Of a DNA stretch of 64,000 bases, positions 50,501 through 62,929 are shown piece after piece. Origin of the DNA: Lama guanicoe (lineage: Eukaryota); NCBI GenBank assembly GCA_013239625.1, contig MU053995.1, forward strand, positions 434,001 through 498,000, written 5' to 3'. The position numbers and the translations under genes were made by a program. The notes beneath the pieces are model-generated. The model was given only the letters and a program-made list of their open reading frames with translations, ran no database searches and was not told the DNA's origin. Position 1 is the stretch's first letter; every line of letters begins with the position of its first letter.

Positions 50501-53500
50501 TTCCGTGTCTTGGCTATTGTAAATAGTGCTGCTATGAACATTGGGGTGCAGGTGTCATCCTGAAGTAGGGTTCCTTCTGGATACAAGCCCAGGAGTGGGA
50601 ATCCTGGGTCATACGGTAAGTCTGTTCCTAGTCTTTTGAGGAATCTCCACACTGTTTTCCATAGTAGCTGCACCAAACTGCATTCCCACCAGCAGTGTAG
50701 GAGGGTTCCCCTTTCTCCACAGCCTCTCCAGCATTTGTCATTTGTAGCCTTTTGAATGATGGCCATTCTGACTGGTGTGAGGTGATACCTCATTATAGTT
50801 TTGATTTGCATTTCTCTGATAATTAGTGATACTGAGCATTTTTTCATGTGCTTTTTGATCATTTGTATGTCTTCCTTGGAGAGTTGCTTGTTTAGGTCTT
50901 CTGCCCATTTTTGGATTGGGTTGTTTATTTTTTTCTTACTGAGTCGTATGAGCTGCTTATATATTCTGGAGATAAGCCTTTGTCGGTTTCATTTGCAAAA
51001 ATTTTCTCCCATTCCATAGGTTTTCTTCTTGTTTTACTTATGGTGTCCTTTGCTGTGCAGAAGCTTGTAAGTTTCGTTAGGTCCCATTTGTTTATTCTTG
51101 CTTGTATTTCTGCTAGGAGAAAATTTTTGAAATGTATGTCAGATAATGTTTTGCCTATGTTTTCCTCTAGGAGGGTTATTGTATCTTGTCTTATGTTTAA
51201 GTCTTTGATCCATTTTGAGTTGATTTTTGTGTTTGGTGTAAGGGAGTGTTCTAGCTTCATTGTTTTACATACTACTGTCCAGTTTTCCCAACACCATTTG
51301 CTGAAGAGACTGTCTTTATTCCGTTGTATATTCTTGCCTCGTTTGTGGAAGATTACTGACCAAAAGTTTGTGGGTTCATTTCTGGGTTCTCTATTCTGTT
51401 CCATTGATCTATATGTCTGTTTTTGTACCAATACCATGCTGTCTTGATGACTGTAGCTCTGTAGTATTGTCTGAAGTCTGGGAGAGTTATTCCTCCAGGC
51501 TCTTTCTTTCTCTTCAGTAATGCTTTGGCAATTCTAGGTCTTTTGTGATTCCATATAGATTTTATTATGATTTGTTCTAGTTCTGTGAAATATGTTAGAT
51601 TTATTCCTAGGTATTTTATTACTTTGGGTGCTATTTCAAAAGGGATTGTTTCTGTACGTTCTTTTCCTGTTGATCCATTGTTAGTGTAAGGAAATGCAAC
51701 TGACTTTTGAACGTTAATCTTGTAACCTGCTACCTGGCTGAATTCTTCGATTATTTCTAGTAGTTTTTATGTGGACCTTATAGAGTTTTTTCTATATAGT
51801 AACATGTCATCAGCATATAGTGACACTTTTACCTCTTCTTTTTAATTTGGATCCTTTTATTTCTATCTCTTGTCTGATTCCTGTGGCCAGGACTTCCAAG
51901 ACTGTGTTGAATAGGAGTGGTGAGAGTGGGCATCTTTGTCTTGTCCCATATTTTAGTGGGAAGGTTTTGAGTTCTTCACCATGGAATACTATGCTGGCTG
52001 TAGGTTTGTCATATATAGTTTTTGTTATGTTGAGATATGTTCCCTCTATACCCACTTTGGTGAGAGTTTTTATCATAAATTGATGTTGAATTTTATCAGA
52101 TGCTTTTTCTGCATCTATTGAGATGATCATGTGGTTTTTGTCCTTTCTCTTGTTGATGTGATGTATTACATTGATTTATTTGCATATGTTGAACCAGCCT
52201 TGTGTCCCTGGGATGAACCCCCCTTGATCATGATGTATTATCTTTTTATGTGCTGTTGGATTCTATTTGCTAATATTTTGCTAAGGATTTTTGCATCTAT
52301 GTTCATCAGTGATGTTGGCCTATAATTCTCTTTTTTGGTAGTGTCTTTGTCTGGTTTTGGTATCAGGGTGATGGTGGCTTCATAGAATGAGTTTGGGAGT
52401 ATTCACTCCTTTTCTATCTTCTGAAAGAGTTTGAGAAGGACTGGTATGTGTTCTTCTTTGTATGTTTGGTAGAATTCCCCAGTGAAGCCGTCCAGTCCTG
52501 GACTTTTATTTGTAAGGAGGCTTTTTATTGCTAATTTGATTTCACTTTTAGTGATCGGTTTGTTCAAGTGGTCAGTTTCTTCTTGTTTCAGCCTTGGTGG
52601 AATGTATGTTTCCAGACATTTGTCCATTTCCTCTCAGTTATCCATTTTGTTTCCATATAGCTGTTCATACTATTCTCATATGATATTTTGTATTTCTGTT
52701 GTATTGGTTGTAATTTCTCCATTTTCCTTTCTTAATTTGCTTATTTGTGCTCTCTTTTCTCTTTATTTGTGAGGTTGGCCAGAGGTTTGTCAATTTTATT
52801 TACTCTTTCAGAAAGCCAGCTTTTGGTTTGATTGATTTTTTCCTATTTTTTTTAATCTCTATTTTATTTATTTCCTCCTGATCTTTATTATTCCTTCCTT
52901 TGCTGACTTTTGGCAGGGTTTTGCTCTTCTTTTTCTAATTCTTTTAGCTGGTAGGTTAGATTTTTTTATTTGAGAGTGTTCTTTTTTGAGGAAGGCCTGG
53001 GTCACTATAAAATTCCCTCTTAGCACTGCCTTTACTGTGTCCCATGAAGTTTGTGTGGATGTGTTTTTCATTGTCATTTGTCTCAAAGTATTTTCTAATT
53101 TCATCTTTGATTTCATCACTGACCCATTGGTTTTTTTAGTAGCATATTGTTTAGTCTCCATGCTGTCATTTTTTTTCTCCTTTGTTTTTCTGTAGTTGAT
53201 TTCTAGTTTCATGGCATTGTGGTTAGAAAAGATGCTTGAAATAATTTCTGTCTTCTTAAAATTGTTGATACTTCTTTTATGCCCGAGTACATGATCAATC
53301 CTAGAAGATGTTCCATGTGCACTTGAAAAGAATGTATATTCTATTTGCGGGTGGAGGGTGTAATGTTCTGAAAATATCCACCAAGTCTGACTTTTCTATT
53401 ATCATTTAATTTCTCTGTTGCCTTATTTATTTTCTGTCTGGAAGATCTGTCCAGTGATGTTAATGCAGTGTTAAAGTCTCTGACATGATTGTATTCCCAT

Positions 53501-56500
53501 CAATTTCCCCCTTTATCTCTGTTACTAATTGCTTTGCATACTTAGTTGCTTCTATAGTGGGTGCATACACATCAATGAGTGTAAAATTCTCATCTTGTAT
53601 TGCTCCTTTACTCATTATAAAATGTGCTTCTTTGTCTTTCTTTATGGCCTTGTTTTAAAGTCTTATTTTGTCTGAAATCAGGATTGCTACTCCTCCTTTC
53701 TTGTCACTTCCATTTGCGTGGAATATCCTTTTGCATCCTGTCACTCTCAATCTATATGTGTCCTTCTCCCTAAAGTGGGTTTCTTGTATGCACCATTTTG
53801 AAGTTTCTTGATGTATTATCCAGTCTGCCACTCTGTCTTTTGATGGGAGCATTTAGTCCATTGACATTACAGTAATTAATGATAGATATGTGTTTATTGC
53901 CATTTTGAACTTAGTTTTGCAGTTGATTTGGTGTTTCCTCTTGGTTCCTTTCTTCTTCCTTTTCATAATTTTCCTTTGTATTATGTTGTATTTTATTTAG
54001 TTTGTGTGACTCAATTGGAAGTTTTTGACTTGTGGTTACCCTTTTTTATAAGTATGTTAACACATTACTATAACTGTTTGTATTAAACATATAATAATAT
54101 AAGCTCAAACCCATCCTACCAAGAACAAAAAATTTTTAAAAGAAAAAGAAGCTTCATTTTCTTTCCCCTCTCTCCCACTCTTAATGATTTAGATGTCTTC
54201 TTTTACAATTTCGTGTTTATTCTATTTGTAATTCATGGTGTTACCACCTTTCCAGTTATGGTTTTCTCATTTCTGTAGCACACTGTAGACCTTTCAGTGT
54301 TTCTTTTAGCATGGGTTTAGTGGTGTCAGACTCTTCTGGTCTTTGCCTATCTTTGAGGTTCTTTATCTCTGCTTATATCCTAAAGGATAGCCTTGCTGAA
54401 TAGAGCGTCCTAGGCTGCATCTTTTTTCATTCAGGACTTTGAATATATCTTGCCACTCCCTTCTGGCCTGTAGTGTTTGTGTAGAGAAATCAGCTGAAAG
54501 CCTTATGGAGGTCCCCTTGTAACTCACTCTTTGTTTTTCCTTTTCTTCCTTTAGGATCATGTCTTTATCCTTAACCCTGGCCATCTTATTATGATATGTC
54601 TTGGTGTGGGTCTGTTTGGGTTCTTCCTGTTTGGGACCCTCTTAGCTTCCTATTCTTGAATATCTGATTCCCCCTTTAGGTTTGGGAAGTTTTCAGTCAC
54701 TGTTTCTTCAAAGACCTTTCAATCCCCTTTAATCTTTCTCCCCCTTCTGGGACCCCTATTATGCGTAGATTGGCACACTTTATATTATCCCATAGATCCC
54801 TTATATTGTTTTCATTGTTTTTTATTTGTTTTTCTCTCAGATGTTCTGATGGGGTGCTTTCTGTTGTCCTGTCTTCTAGGTCACTTATTTGTTCCTCTGC
54901 ATTATCTAGCCTGCTTTGTACAGCCTTTAGATCAGCTCTCATCTTAGCAAATGAGTTTTCCAATTTTAATTGGCTCCTCTTTATAGCTTCAATTTCATTT
55001 TTGACATATTCTCTGTTTCTAAACACAGTCTTTTTTAGTTCCTTCAGTACTTTGATCACTCCTTTTTTGAAATCTTGATCTAGTAGGCCATCAATGTCTA
55101 TTTCATTGATCGTTCCTTCAGGGGATTCTCTTGTTCTTTTAATTGGGAGTGGTTCCTTTGCTTCTTCATCTTGCTTCTATCTCTCCGGCCTAGTGGCTTA
55201 TGGAGTATCAGTTATCTACTGTGGTCCTTAAGGAGTTCATTTATTTATCTATCTAAAGCATATGTGGAAATAAAACTTAAAAAAATTTTTTAAAGAAGAG
55301 AAAAAAAAAGATTTGAAAACAGAGTATAATCAATAACAGAAGAACCAGCTGAAGCAAAATAAAAATTGAGTTGAGATGTATTTTAAAAACCTTAAAAGGA
55401 GAGGAAAAAAAACAAAAAAAAAATTGAAAACTGAATATAATCAATATAACAGGAGAACAAAACCAAGAGAAATAAAAAGGAAATTGAGGCAAATTTTTAA
55501 AAATAATAGTAAGTATTTTAAGAGGAAAATTTTAAAGGTATTAAAAAGAGATGTATACAATTGTCTAAAAAGTAAAAATCTAAAAAGTAAAAGAAAATAG
55601 AACAGAGGGAAAAATAAAAGAAATAAAAAGGTGGATGTGTTCCCATGGAAACTGTGCATTCTTAATGATTTTATCAAGAGGTCTTTCTTAAGTGTGGGTG
55701 GTTGTCAGGTCTTATTTTGCTTTGGTTAGGGATGTGGCCATTGACCTGATAGTCAGAGCCTGCCCTTATTATTGATTTAGGCCTTCTTTTTTTTTTTTTG
55801 AACCTTTTTTTTTTTTTTTTGATTGTCACTGCTCCTGTTCTTACCCTGCTGTGCAAACTCAGCTCCCTGCTTCCTGAGGTCCTCCATTGACACCCTGGTC
55901 TGTGCTCTTACAGTGTGGGTGAGTGTGTCACTCTCCCTCCCTATGCTATAGTCTGATACTGTGCTCCTGCATGGTAGGTAGATTCTGGGACAACAGCAGA
56001 ACAGCACTTGCCCCTGCTCTGTGTCAGAACTTAGCTCCTTGTTTGTTTGTTTTGGAGGCGCAAATTCTCAGAGATACCAGAGCAGAGTGGTCCTATCTGC
56101 CTCGGGCTGTAAACAAGTTTTGTCTGGCCTTTGAGGCTGCTAAGCCCCTAGATTCGAATTCAGGTTTCAACCCCACCCCCCACATGGGTGCTAAGCACCA
56201 GAGGATATGATGGCTGTGGCTGAGTCCTGCCTCTCTTCTGCTGAAAACTTGTTCACTGGGTTTTCAGAGATAAGGGCTGTGGCACCCTTCCCCCATGGCA
56301 TACCAGCCTTGTTGCTTGGTGTTTTTGCTTTGCTTTTTTTTTTTTCATAAACAACCAAGTTGTTCTGCTTTGAATACCTTCCCAGCCATAGCACACAGCA
56401 CCCTGCAGTCCCCTAGGGTTTCCTCTGTACGAGTCCTCTGCCCAGCTAGGGCAGCCTGTCCTGTCCCCAGGCTGCCGCTTTGCCTCTAGGGCTGGGGGTT

Positions 56501-59500
56501 GCAGAGACCCTGTGTGCCCATTTAACTTAGTTCTGTCAGTCAAGGGCTATTCCATACAGATCCGAGCCTCAGAGGTTCCTCCTCCATCCCTCTGGATTGG
56601 ACAGGGGAAACCCAGCAAGCAAGCATTATTCCTCCTTTGCTACTCCCTCCCCTGTTTGTCCCACACTATCCCACAGTCTTGCTTTTTCTTTCTTTTTTCC
56701 TTTTCTCCTACCAGATTCCTGGCATCTTTGTCTTTTGAAGAGGACAATTTTCTGTCAGAGTTCAGTAGGTGCTCTGGTTGGCTGGGTTGGTCCTTGGATA
56801 TGAGTTGTGCTGTATTTGTGGGTGAGGGTGAGCTGCAAGCGTCCTTGTACTCCACCATGTTGCCCAATCCCCTCCCTCTTCTTAATGTCAAATGTATTGC
56901 ATTCTCACTGTATATAATCTTGAAAAGATTAAAATAAGTTTTTAATAACAGCAAAGAAAATATACTAAGCTCACATTTTTCACTTGGCAGCTGTGCTATT
57001 TTATTTGTTTTATTACGTTGCATTTTATTATGGAATCATAAGATTTTGAATAAGCATGAAAATTTTGATGGAATTATTGACATTTTAAGAAGTGCTAAAA
57101 TATCTGGGAATCAGGCCAGTACTTTCTTACTTCTGTTTCTTAAATAAGTATAATTTGAGCAAGTCTTTCTGACTTATTCGGCAAGTCTTTCTCATAGATG
57201 ATAAACTAGATGTTCTTATCTTAGAAGAGCTTTATATATGCCAAGGATAAGTTGTTAACATGTGTACAGTCCCTTTTTGAAGCATATTGGGAAATACAAT
57301 AGCTACTAAATTAGTGTAATTAGAGCCTGCCTGCCTTGCTTAAACTTTTTGAGCAAAATAAAATTATATTACACATATTCTTCATTGTAATCATTTAGCA
57401 ATGAACTTATGGGGTTCATTTATTTATTGTGAATTTACTCTGTATGATGAGGTGTTCTGTAGAAATTATTAAGATTTTTCCTGTAATGAAATGGTTGAAG
57501 AATCAGTTGTAAGAATCTTCATTTATTGTTCAGTATTGACCTATTTCTTTTAGTAGGCAATTCATCTAGTAACATTTTGATTTTACATATATTAGAGAAT
57601 ATTGTTATTGTGTCTTTAGCAAAAATTAATGAAACAGACACCTTTGGTCCTGGAGACGATGATGAAATCCAATTTGATGACATTGGAGATGATGATGAAG
57701 ACATTGATGATGTAAGTGGTAGATGAATCTTACAGCGTTTTATTTTATTTGTGAAAGAAATCAGCTCTTTCCTGTACCTTTGAGCTAAGAATGTTGAACA
57801 CTGAAATTTAGTATATTTGAGGCTTAGCCATGAATTTGAAAATTCATTAATATTCAGAAACTACTTAGACCTTTTAAACTTTGAGAAAACTTATAATCTT
57901 TGAAACATTTCTTTTTTTGAAAAGATAAGTATTAACTCTGTCAGTGGGTACTGAGTACTGCATAATGATAAGTTTTTTATTAGGTAAGTGTGGTAGCTAT
58001 TAAGAAATTTAATAGTTTTGAAAATGTGCCATCTCCCAAACGAAATTAGTTAGTACATTAAAAGAAGAGTCTTGTTTAAACATGCTTCAGTTTAAGCATT
58101 GAAATCCAGTAGACTCCAGAAACCCCATTAAAATGGAGGCCTGTTCCCAGGATGTACAGAGGTTAATTGTTTTGTCAGATGTCATATCACTATTGGCCAA
58201 TTTCTTGGTTTGGAGTTGTATGTTTATTTTATGGAAAATGGTTATTTTTCTTAGTGATTAAGTGGTGAGAATAATAAGGCTGTTTTAAATGTGTCACTAT
58301 TTTGCTGTTACTGTATTTAAATAAAATTCTTCCTGATTTTCTTGATATGCATATATGACATTATTGGGATAGTGGTATAGCTTATAGTTCAATAAGGCTT
58401 ACAGTTTTTGTTTCTTTTTTTTAATACTTCTGTAATAAAAATATAGTTTAGAAAAATCTAAAGTCTAAGAATATTAGTAATGACTGGGTACAAAGGTGGA
58501 AATTTAGAATACCTGGAGCATTTGTACCTGACAAAGATTGTATAGCACAATTACCCAAGTTTTTCAAAAATACAAAATCTGGTTTGGGAAAGTCTAAGTT
58601 GGATCACTAACAGGTGATTCTGATATTCACATCACAATAAGAATCACTGATCTAAAGCACATATTTCAAAATCTTTCAGTCACCAACGTCTTTATTTAGA
58701 ACAGTTTTCAGACACTCAGAGAAGTTGAAAGAATTTTAAATTCAAGGGAACACCCATATACTCACCAGGATTATACAATTTACATTTCTATACTCAATCT
58801 ATCACATTCTCCTTCTATCTTTCTACTCGTCTAGAAATTCATATTTTGATGTATTTCCAAGTCACTTATATTACTCACACAATGACTTAGAAAAATTGAC
58901 TACATGCTTCTAATGGAAGTTTTTACCAGATTTTTTACCATACTTTTATGCTTTTTTTTTAACAAATGGCAATACTCTACTAATATATGTATTTTAAATC
59001 ACACCTGAAGTAGGAAATAATAAAGGATTAGAAAAATATTCTAATATATTATGTTCCATATTTTTTTCTGATATTTTCTTATGCACCTTTCTTGAGAACC
59101 GTGAGCCAGGAGTTTTGTGGCTAAATTAATAATACCTCGACAGTAGACATAGCAATTATTTTCTGTGGCAGGAACATAAAATGCAACAACTGTGTAGTAT
59201 ATTAAGGGAGACCTGAACATTTTGACACATGAGCTGGGGTGAAGGCTAGGAACGCAATCAGAGCATATGGTTTAAAAACTAAGCCAAAGAGTTAAGGCTT
59301 TCCTCAGAAGAAAAAATACTTTTCTGGATCTGTGCCAGCACTTCTGTGGAACTGGGCCTAAACAGTTGGGAGAGACTAAAGATAATGATTAAAAGAATCT
59401 GTGTTATTTTAAAAATTTTGTGTTAGTTGATGTTTATTACCTCAGAATCCTACTTCTTCCAAAGTAATTTCTGCAGGTGATTCACTTAGTTTAACTTCTA

Positions 59501-59852
59501 TGGTTAAATTGACTCAGAGAAAAATTTGGTTTAGTACCACACTTCTCTTCTTCTTAAGGGAATTATATTCCCTATGTCTGTTCCCACTTCCAAACTGTGA
59601 AGTCTTTAATCACTAGCACAAAAGGTTGGAATGAGATGCTAAACTTTATTAAGAATAGTCTGTATAACATTTTACTTTCTCATAGAGATTACAAGAATTT
59701 CTGACAACAGGCAGGAACTGAGAAGAACCTGGTATACAGAATTCTTGTTCAAAAGGACTTATTTTCTAAATAATTGAAGGGGGATCTTACATGCCGTATT
59801 ATAAGAATTATTATTTCTATGGATTTGATATTCTTTTCACTTACAGATATAA
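38409..59852 (+). CDS. EIF1AY: Eukaryotic translation initiation factor 1A, 144 aa, 7 coding exons; probably the Y-linked copy
   Basis: join(38409-38424,41618-41701,43826-43929,44950-45000,49431-49512,57620-57711,59847-59852) = 435 nt, all introns GT-AG. Protein: [144 protein letters not shown]. The eIF1A identity is secure; Y versus X is inferred from context. Confidence 0.93.
41618..41701 (+). CDS. EIF1AY: eIF1A exon 2
   Basis: ttag|GTAAAGGAGGT...GGGCAAG|gtatga, 84 nt. Confidence 0.96.
43826..43929 (+). CDS. EIF1AY: eIF1A exon 3
   Basis: cttag|AGTATGCTCAG...AGAAAGAAG|gtaaat, 104 nt. Confidence 0.96.
44950..45000 (+). CDS. EIF1AY: eIF1A exon 4
   Basis: tatag|GTTTGGATA...TATCAG|gtaaca, 51 nt. 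Confidence 0.96.
46690..48310 (-). mobile_element. 5'-truncated antisense L1 in eIF1A intron 4, containing a (GA)n tract at ~46835-46875
   Basis: Minus-strand ORF2 fragments at 47214-47534 ([18 protein letters not shown]) and 47913-48116. Confidence 0.85.
48570..49060. mobile_element. MER5-like hAT-Charlie DNA transposon remnants (two adjacent copies)
   Basis: CTGAGTCAGAATCTGAATTTTAAC; CAGTAGTTCTCA...GATTCTAA...AGAGCCACTG termini. Confidence 0.55.
49431..49512 (+). CDS. EIF1AY: eIF1A exon 5
   Basis: ctaag|GATAACAAA...GAACATG|gtaatt, 82 nt. Confidence 0.96.
49537..49594. repeat. Heptanucleotide microsatellite (TGTCTTA)n, ~8 copies
   Basis: TGTCTTATGTCTAATGTCTTATGTCTTATATCTTATGTCTTATGTCTTATGTCTTATGT is read directly. 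Confidence 0.9.
49972..56872 (-). mobile_element. Near full-length (~6.9 kb) disrupted LINE-1, antisense in eIF1A intron 5
   Basis: 5' end GGGGATTGGGCAACATGGTGGAGTACAAGGACG; 5' UTR ~56870-55170; ORF1 fragments 54697-55059 and 54363-54584; ORF2 EN 53655-53852, RT 51810-52130, C-terminus 50299-50862; 3' UTR and A tail near 49972. Imperfect candidate TSD tccctttcctt (49963-49973) / tccctcttctt (56873-56883). Confidence 0.93.
57620..57711 (+). CDS. EIF1AY: eIF1A exon 6
   Basis: tttag|CAAAAATTAAT...ATTGATGAT|gtaagt, 92 nt. Confidence 0.96.
59847..59852 (+). CDS. EIF1AY: eIF1A exon 7 coding part (Ile + stop), followed by the 3' UTR
   Basis: ttcttttcacttacag|ATATAA completes DIDDI* and gives exactly 144 aa. 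Confidence 0.88.
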   Translation: M

Positions 59853-60792
59853 ATTCAACTCAGAGTTTCTGAGGATTGTTGTGCGATTTGGATTTTGGTC
59901 ATCACCTGTCAAGAAGACTTCATTCAACATGAATGTAACTTAAGACACACTGGTTTATTTTCATTGTTTTAAAGTATTTATTGTATTTCTTCAAACAACT
60001 GATGGAGCTGAATTATTTTAAGAAAAGTGTTAACATTTTGTTCTTTTGATGTAGTGTAAGTTAGGGGTAAAGACTATAATATCTGCTGGTAAACATTAGC
60101 AAGAAAGAAAGGAAAAAAGAGATCTTTTTCACTGACTACTTTACTTCCAGTTAATGGATGTTTTGAATAAACTGCCTTATTATCATGGACTATGATGAGT
60201 CCTAGTTCCAACTAGTCTGTTTATAGTCTTTCTGTATCTTCCAGTTACCTAGATATTCTTTGGGATTTTTTGATGAAATTTAAGGAAAGCAGAAATTGGC
60301 ATTTGAAGTCAAGAAATAGGCAGTATTTTTATACTAGATTTAGCAACATACTCTTTTCATCATTTTCTTTGTCACCATCATAATAAAACATGTCCAAAAT
60401 GCAGTTTTTAGAATGCAGATTTGAGTAGTTGTTTTGAATTTGTAAGATTAGTAGTTGCAAAAGTACAATGCTAGGTAATACTGTTATTTTAACATTAAAA
60501 GTATTGATATATTAGTTGACAGTACTTTTGCTTAACATTTTTTAATAAAATTTCTCAAAGAAGACAACTTCCAATGATGAAATAAGTAGAATATCCTTTA
60601 CTATACAAGATAGATTGTGTATGTCATTTTGTTGTCAAAACTCATACGCATTTTAACCCATGGTTTTGAGTTTTCTGAATAATTAAATTACAATGTTCAA
60701 ATGAAAGATCTAATTTTATATTATATAAAATATGCCTTTTAAAACTATCACTTTGCTGAGGTAAGGGAAAGAAAGGAACCATCTAAGAAAAT

Positions 60793-60798
60793 AATAAA
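60793..60798 (+). terminator. Candidate polyadenylation signal for eIF1A (other AATAAA at 60166, 60382, 60544)
   Basis: AATAAA followed ~40-70 nt downstream by a T/GT-rich tract (TTTTTTTATCAGTTTTTTGTGTGTGT). Confidence 0.5.
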
Positions 60799-61596
60799 AT
60801 GTTGCATTAAGTATATTTTGGCCTTCATGTTACTGGTGTATTTTTTTATCAGTTTTTTGTGTGTGTATTTTTCTACAAGTTTAGATCATGAACTTTCTTT
60901 TTAACATTTTGTTTTGAACTTATCAACTATAATAAGATGAAATTAAGAGTAGGGCTAATTAAGCCATAGCCCTGGTTAAATTTTAAACAGATTTGATAAG
61001 AAAAGATTCACCAAGTAGTCTGTGAAACATTTCTTCTTCTGAGGATTTTTCAACAGTGAAAATTAATATAAAGGAAATGCACCTCTACCTGGTTTCAATA
61101 ATACCAGTATAGCAAAGAGACTAAACATTCATGTGGTTTCATCCCAGTCTGCCATAATTTTACTTCCTAAATGTGAAAGCTCTAGGGTCAAAATCTGAGG
61201 CCAGAATATGTACATAGTTAAATCTAAGAATAAGAAAATAATACGTACGTAGTTTCTGACTTTTATTCTGTGGAGTTTCTGAAAACTTATTAGGTGGAAT
61301 GTGTCTGAGATTAAGGAATGGTTTTTAATACTCTTAAGAAACCAGCTTTGAAGAGGTGACTTTGTGATTGTCTTTATAGGTAATCAAAACTTGCTGATTA
61401 TGTATCTTTTGTACATAGAAGTATATTGAATTTATGTATTCTCCTCCAGCAATTTGCCAAGAATATCAGAACATGCATATGTGATACAGTTCATGGTAGG
61501 TAGAGAGCCCCTCAAGAAACTTCCCTGCTGACTTCCTGTGACAAATATAATTTGTCCAAAGAATTTCTTTAAAATGTGCAACTGTACTGCCAGTTT

Positions 61597-61918
61597 GTGT
61601 TTGCTAATTGTGTCCTTATAAAATCCAAGTGTTGAAGTCCTAACCCCTAACGATGATTATATTTGAAATTGAGGCATTTGGGAGTCATTAGGTCACAAGT
61701 GTAATTCTTATGAATAGGCTCACTCATCTTAACAAAGGTGTCCTCAGAGGGTTCTTTACCATAAGAACACAGTTTGCAAATCAGAAGAGGATCCTCACCA
61801 AAACCCCAGCCATACCAACACCCTGATCCTGGACTTCCAGTGTCTAGAACACTAAGAAATTTCTGTTGTTTATAAGCCATACAGTCTGTAATACTTTGTT
61901 ACAGCAGCCAATGGACTT
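61597..61918 (+). mobile_element. MaLR LTR (MLT1A-like)
   Basis: GTTGAAGTCCTAACCCC...CACCCTGATCCTGGACTTCCAG...TTTCTGTTGTTTATAAGCCA..CAGTCTG..ATACTTTGTTACAGCAGCC. Confidence 0.8.
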
Positions 61919-62209
61919 TTTTTTCTTGCTAGTTAGTAACTGTACAGTATAGTGTTTCTCTCAAAAATACAGTCATAATTAGTGAGTTGGATCAAAGTTG
62001 TAGTTTATGTGCAGTTTTCCATGAAAGTTATTTTGACATATTTCATGTAGAAGTTTTATAGATACAGTGATTTGATTATATTTCAAATAAGGAATAAAAG
62101 CCAGGAAGAAAAATATTTATTACAATCTTTGGTTTCCACAATACAATGGCATAAACTGTGTCTACGAAGAAAATCAAAATGTTTGAAAACCAAGAAAAAT
62201 AACCTTTAT

Positions 62210-62475
62210 ATTCATCCCTCCATATCTGTGGGTTCTGCATCCATGGATTCAACCATGGATCTAAAACTTTTTTTTTATTCCAGAAAGTTCCAAAAAGCAA
62301 AACTTGAATCTGCCACACAATGGCAACTACTTACATAGGATTTATATTATATTAGGTGTTGAAGTAATCTAGAGATTCTGTGCCATTTTATATAAGGGAT
62401 TTTATAACTTCAGATTTTTGACATCTGTAGGGTGCCCTGGTACTAATCCTCAGGAGATACCAAGGAATAGCTGAC
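62210..62475 (-). mobile_element. MER2B-like (TcMar-Tigger) DNA transposon
   Basis: CCCTCCATATCTGTGGGTTCTGCATCCATGGATTCAACC...CCAGAAAGTTCCAAAAAGCAAAACTTGAAT...GATACCAAGG. Confidence 0.75.
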
Positions 62476-62929
62476 TATATTGATTTGGTTCTAATTAACC
62501 TTTTCTGTAATAAATTTGTTAGGGTTGCCTTTTTAAGCATTATTTATCCTACTTACAGCATATTTATACATACACTATATACCGGATAAATATGTTGTAT
62601 CATTTGGGTGGATTAATAAATGAATAAGCCTTGGTAACATTTGATTAATTGGCTGTTGATGCTTTCTTAAATATTCAACTTCTGAAGAACCTGACTCTTA
62701 AGGGCCCTGTAAACTATTCATTATAAACCATTGGTTTTACATTTTATTAAAGAATGACCATTGGTTTTCTTGCTGTATTATTGGGATCATGGCTAAATAT
62801 ATACCTGTTTCAAAGTTGTGATTGGTAGTTTAACTTAATTCCAACTATACTGAGTAAATGTTCTTTCATTAGCTATGTATATGCTGTCAGTAATCACAAA
62901 TGGGTAGATACATATTTTGACTGAAACAC

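Noticed and set aside
50299..55059. Active, retrotransposition-competent L1
   Set aside because: ORF1 and ORF2 are split into many short frames by stops and frameshifts, with an apparent internal deletion.
57519..57726. Stand-alone ORFs 57526-57726 (+) and 57519-57704 (-)
   Set aside because: They are eIF1A exon 6 with flanking intron, and its antisense reading.
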